NCBI GenBank assembly: GCA_035561095.1
Contig: DATMYE010000004.1
Location: forward strand, 7,675 to 71,674
DNA from: Clostridia bacterium
Lineage (GTDB): Bacteria; Bacillota; Clostridia; Christensenellales; CAG-138
Direction of reading: 5' to 3'
DNA: 64,000 nucleotides
Position 1 is the stretch's first letter. Each line of letters begins with the position of its first letter. The notes beneath the pieces were generated by a model. That model saw only the letters and a program-made list of their open reading frames with translations. It made no database searches and was not told the DNA's origin. Of this stretch, positions 62,840 through 64,000 are shown in pieces. A program made the translations under genes and the position numbers.

Positions 62840-63283
62840 ATGAAACTCCATGAATTATCGCCCGCCCCCGGTTCGGTCAAAGCCTCTAAGCGCATCGGTC
62901 GTGGTACCGGTAGCGGCATGGGCAAGACCTCCACGAAGGGTCATAAGGGCCAGAAGGCACGCAGCGGAAGCAAAAAGAACGGTTTTGAAGGCGGCCAGAT
63001 GCCGCTGACGCGCCGTCTGCCGAAGCGCGGCTTCACCAATATCTTTGGTAAAGAGTACACGATTATCAACGTTTCCGACCTCAACGGGTTGGAGAACGGC
63101 ACCGTCGTGACGGCTGAAATGCTGAAGAAATCCGGCATGATCAGCAAGATCGAAAAGGACGGCCTGAAGGTTTTGGGTGGCGGCGAGCTAACGCAGAAAC
63201 TGGACGTGAAAGCCGCGAAGTTCTCCCAATCCGCACAGACTGCAATTAAGGCTGCTGGCGGAAGTGTTGAGGTGATCGGCTAA
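62840..63283 (+). CDS. rplO: 50S ribosomal protein L15
   Basis: Begins [43 protein letters not shown]. Confidence 0.97.
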   Translation: MKLHELSPAPGSVKASKRIGRGTGSGMGKTSTKGHKGQKARSGSKKNGFEGGQMPLTRRLPKRGFTNIFGKEYTIINVSDLNGLENGTVVTAEMLKKSGMISKIEKDGLKVLGGGELTQKLDVKAAKFSQSAQTAIKAAGGSVEVIG

Positions 63284-64000
63284 TGTTCCAGACATATATC
63301 AACGCGTTTAAGATCAAAGAGATCCGCAAGAAAATGCTCATCACGCTCTTGCTGATCGTGGTCTACCGGCTCGGAAGTTTCATTCCGATTCCCGGCGTCA
63401 ATACGGAGCTCCTCCGGAGCGCCGTGTCGCAATACGACATTCTCGGCTTCCTCGACCTGCTCACGGGTAGTTCGTTTAGTCAGTTTACGATCTTTGCGAT
63501 GGGCATTTCGCCCTATATCAACGCGTCGATTATCATCCAGCTGCTCACGATTGCAATCCCCTCGCTGGAGCGTCTGAGCAAGGAAGAAGACGGAAAAGTA
63601 AAGATCGAGAAGATCACCCGCTACACCGGTATCGTGCTCGCGATGGTTCAGTCCATCGGTATCTTTATCGGCCTCGGCACAAAGTATCTCGTGGACACCA
63701 GCTGGCTGACCTATGCCACAATCGGCATTTGCTCGACCGCGGGTACCGCATTCCTGATGTGGCTAGGCGAGCGCATCACCGAGGACGGCGTCGGCAACGG
63801 CGTTTCGATGCTGATCTTTGCATCCATCGTTTCGCGCGTGCCCAAGACGTTCATCAACCTCGGCCAGCAAGTCTGGGTCGGCACGCTTCCCGCTTGGGAG
63901 CTCTTCCTGCTCGCGGTCATGGTCGTTGCTCTGATTACGCTGGTCACCCACGTCGATCAGGCGCAGCGCCGCATCCCTGTCCAGTACGCAAAGCGCGTGG
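63283..64000 (+). CDS. secY: Preprotein translocase subunit SecY (5' part; continues beyond the window)
   Basis: ATG 63283 overlaps the rplO stop (TAATG). Hand translation gives [40 protein letters not shown]. The frame is open to the window end, so it is absent from the ORF track. Confidence 0.9.
   Translation, partial: MFQTYINAFKIKEIRKKMLITLLLIVVYRLGSFIPIPGVNTELLRSAVSQYDILGFLDLLTGSSFSQFTIFAMGISPYINASIIIQLLTIAIPSLERLSKEEDGKVKIEKITRYTGIVLAMVQSIGIFIGLGTKYLVDTSWLTYATIGICSTAGTAFLMWLGERITEDGVGNGVSMLIFASIVSRVPKTFINLGQQVWVGTLPAWELFLLAVMVVALITLVTHVDQAQRRIPVQYAKRV

Noticed and set aside
1-64000. Mobile elements, prophage genes, defence systems, toxin-antitoxin pairs, or tRNA/rRNA genes.
   Set aside because: I saw no transposase, integrase, recombinase or phage structural signature, no terminal inverted repeats and no recognisable defence-gene motifs in any frame. 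Apart from the adhesin locus and the AT-rich gap, the content is core housekeeping.

Overview
The window looks like a high-GC (roughly 60% by eye) Firmicutes/Clostridia-type chromosomal segment. That placement is inferred from yybS-gdpP-rplI-dnaB synteny, a type-Z S14 and the S10-spc-secY cluster layout, not from any search. I saw no transposase, integrase, CRISPR array, tRNA or rRNA.

Layout:
- 1-2.5 kb: a c-di-GMP turnover cassette (HD-GYP fragment, translationally coupled small membrane protein, 6-TM GGDEF cyclase).
- 3.0-20.75 kb: one uninterrupted 17.7-kb ORF encoding a 5,901-aa protein. It has a Sec signal and about 48 cadherin-like/'tandem-95'-type Ca-binding repeats. These include an exactly phased 1,245-bp super-repeat present in four full copies plus a partial fifth. 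The protein ends in a single C-terminal TM helix and a 92-aa cytoplasmic tail rather than LPxTG.
- 20.8-26.4 kb: housekeeping genes (Cys-motif protein, SDR, GNAT, MtaD-like deaminase, Sir2).
- 26.5-37.2 kb: an envelope cluster (mreB paralogue, bitopic PG-binding NlpC/P60 hydrolase, L,D-transpeptidase, lipoprotein, LCP ligase, PepF, GH3).
- 37.3-42.2 kb: yybS-gdpP-rplI-dnaB.
- 42.2-50.7 kb: LbH transferase, GH13, zinc-ribbon protein, a DUF1858 / DUF5685 / J-domain trio, P-loop kinase, BadF-type kinase, GH4.
- 50.7-53.0 kb: a 970-bp AT-rich gap, then XRE and GntR regulators.
- 53.7-64.0 kb: the ribosomal S10-spc cluster running into secY.

The best candidate for something undescribed is the c-di-GMP cassette sitting directly upstream of the membrane-anchored giant adhesin with its cytoplasmic tail. 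Secondary oddities are ribosomal protein L5 with a 114-aa Ala/Lys/Glu-rich N-terminal extension, a structured 153-nt spacer between rpsH and rplF, and a J-protein ending in a 9-Cys tail. Family names come from motif recognition and memory, not database searches.
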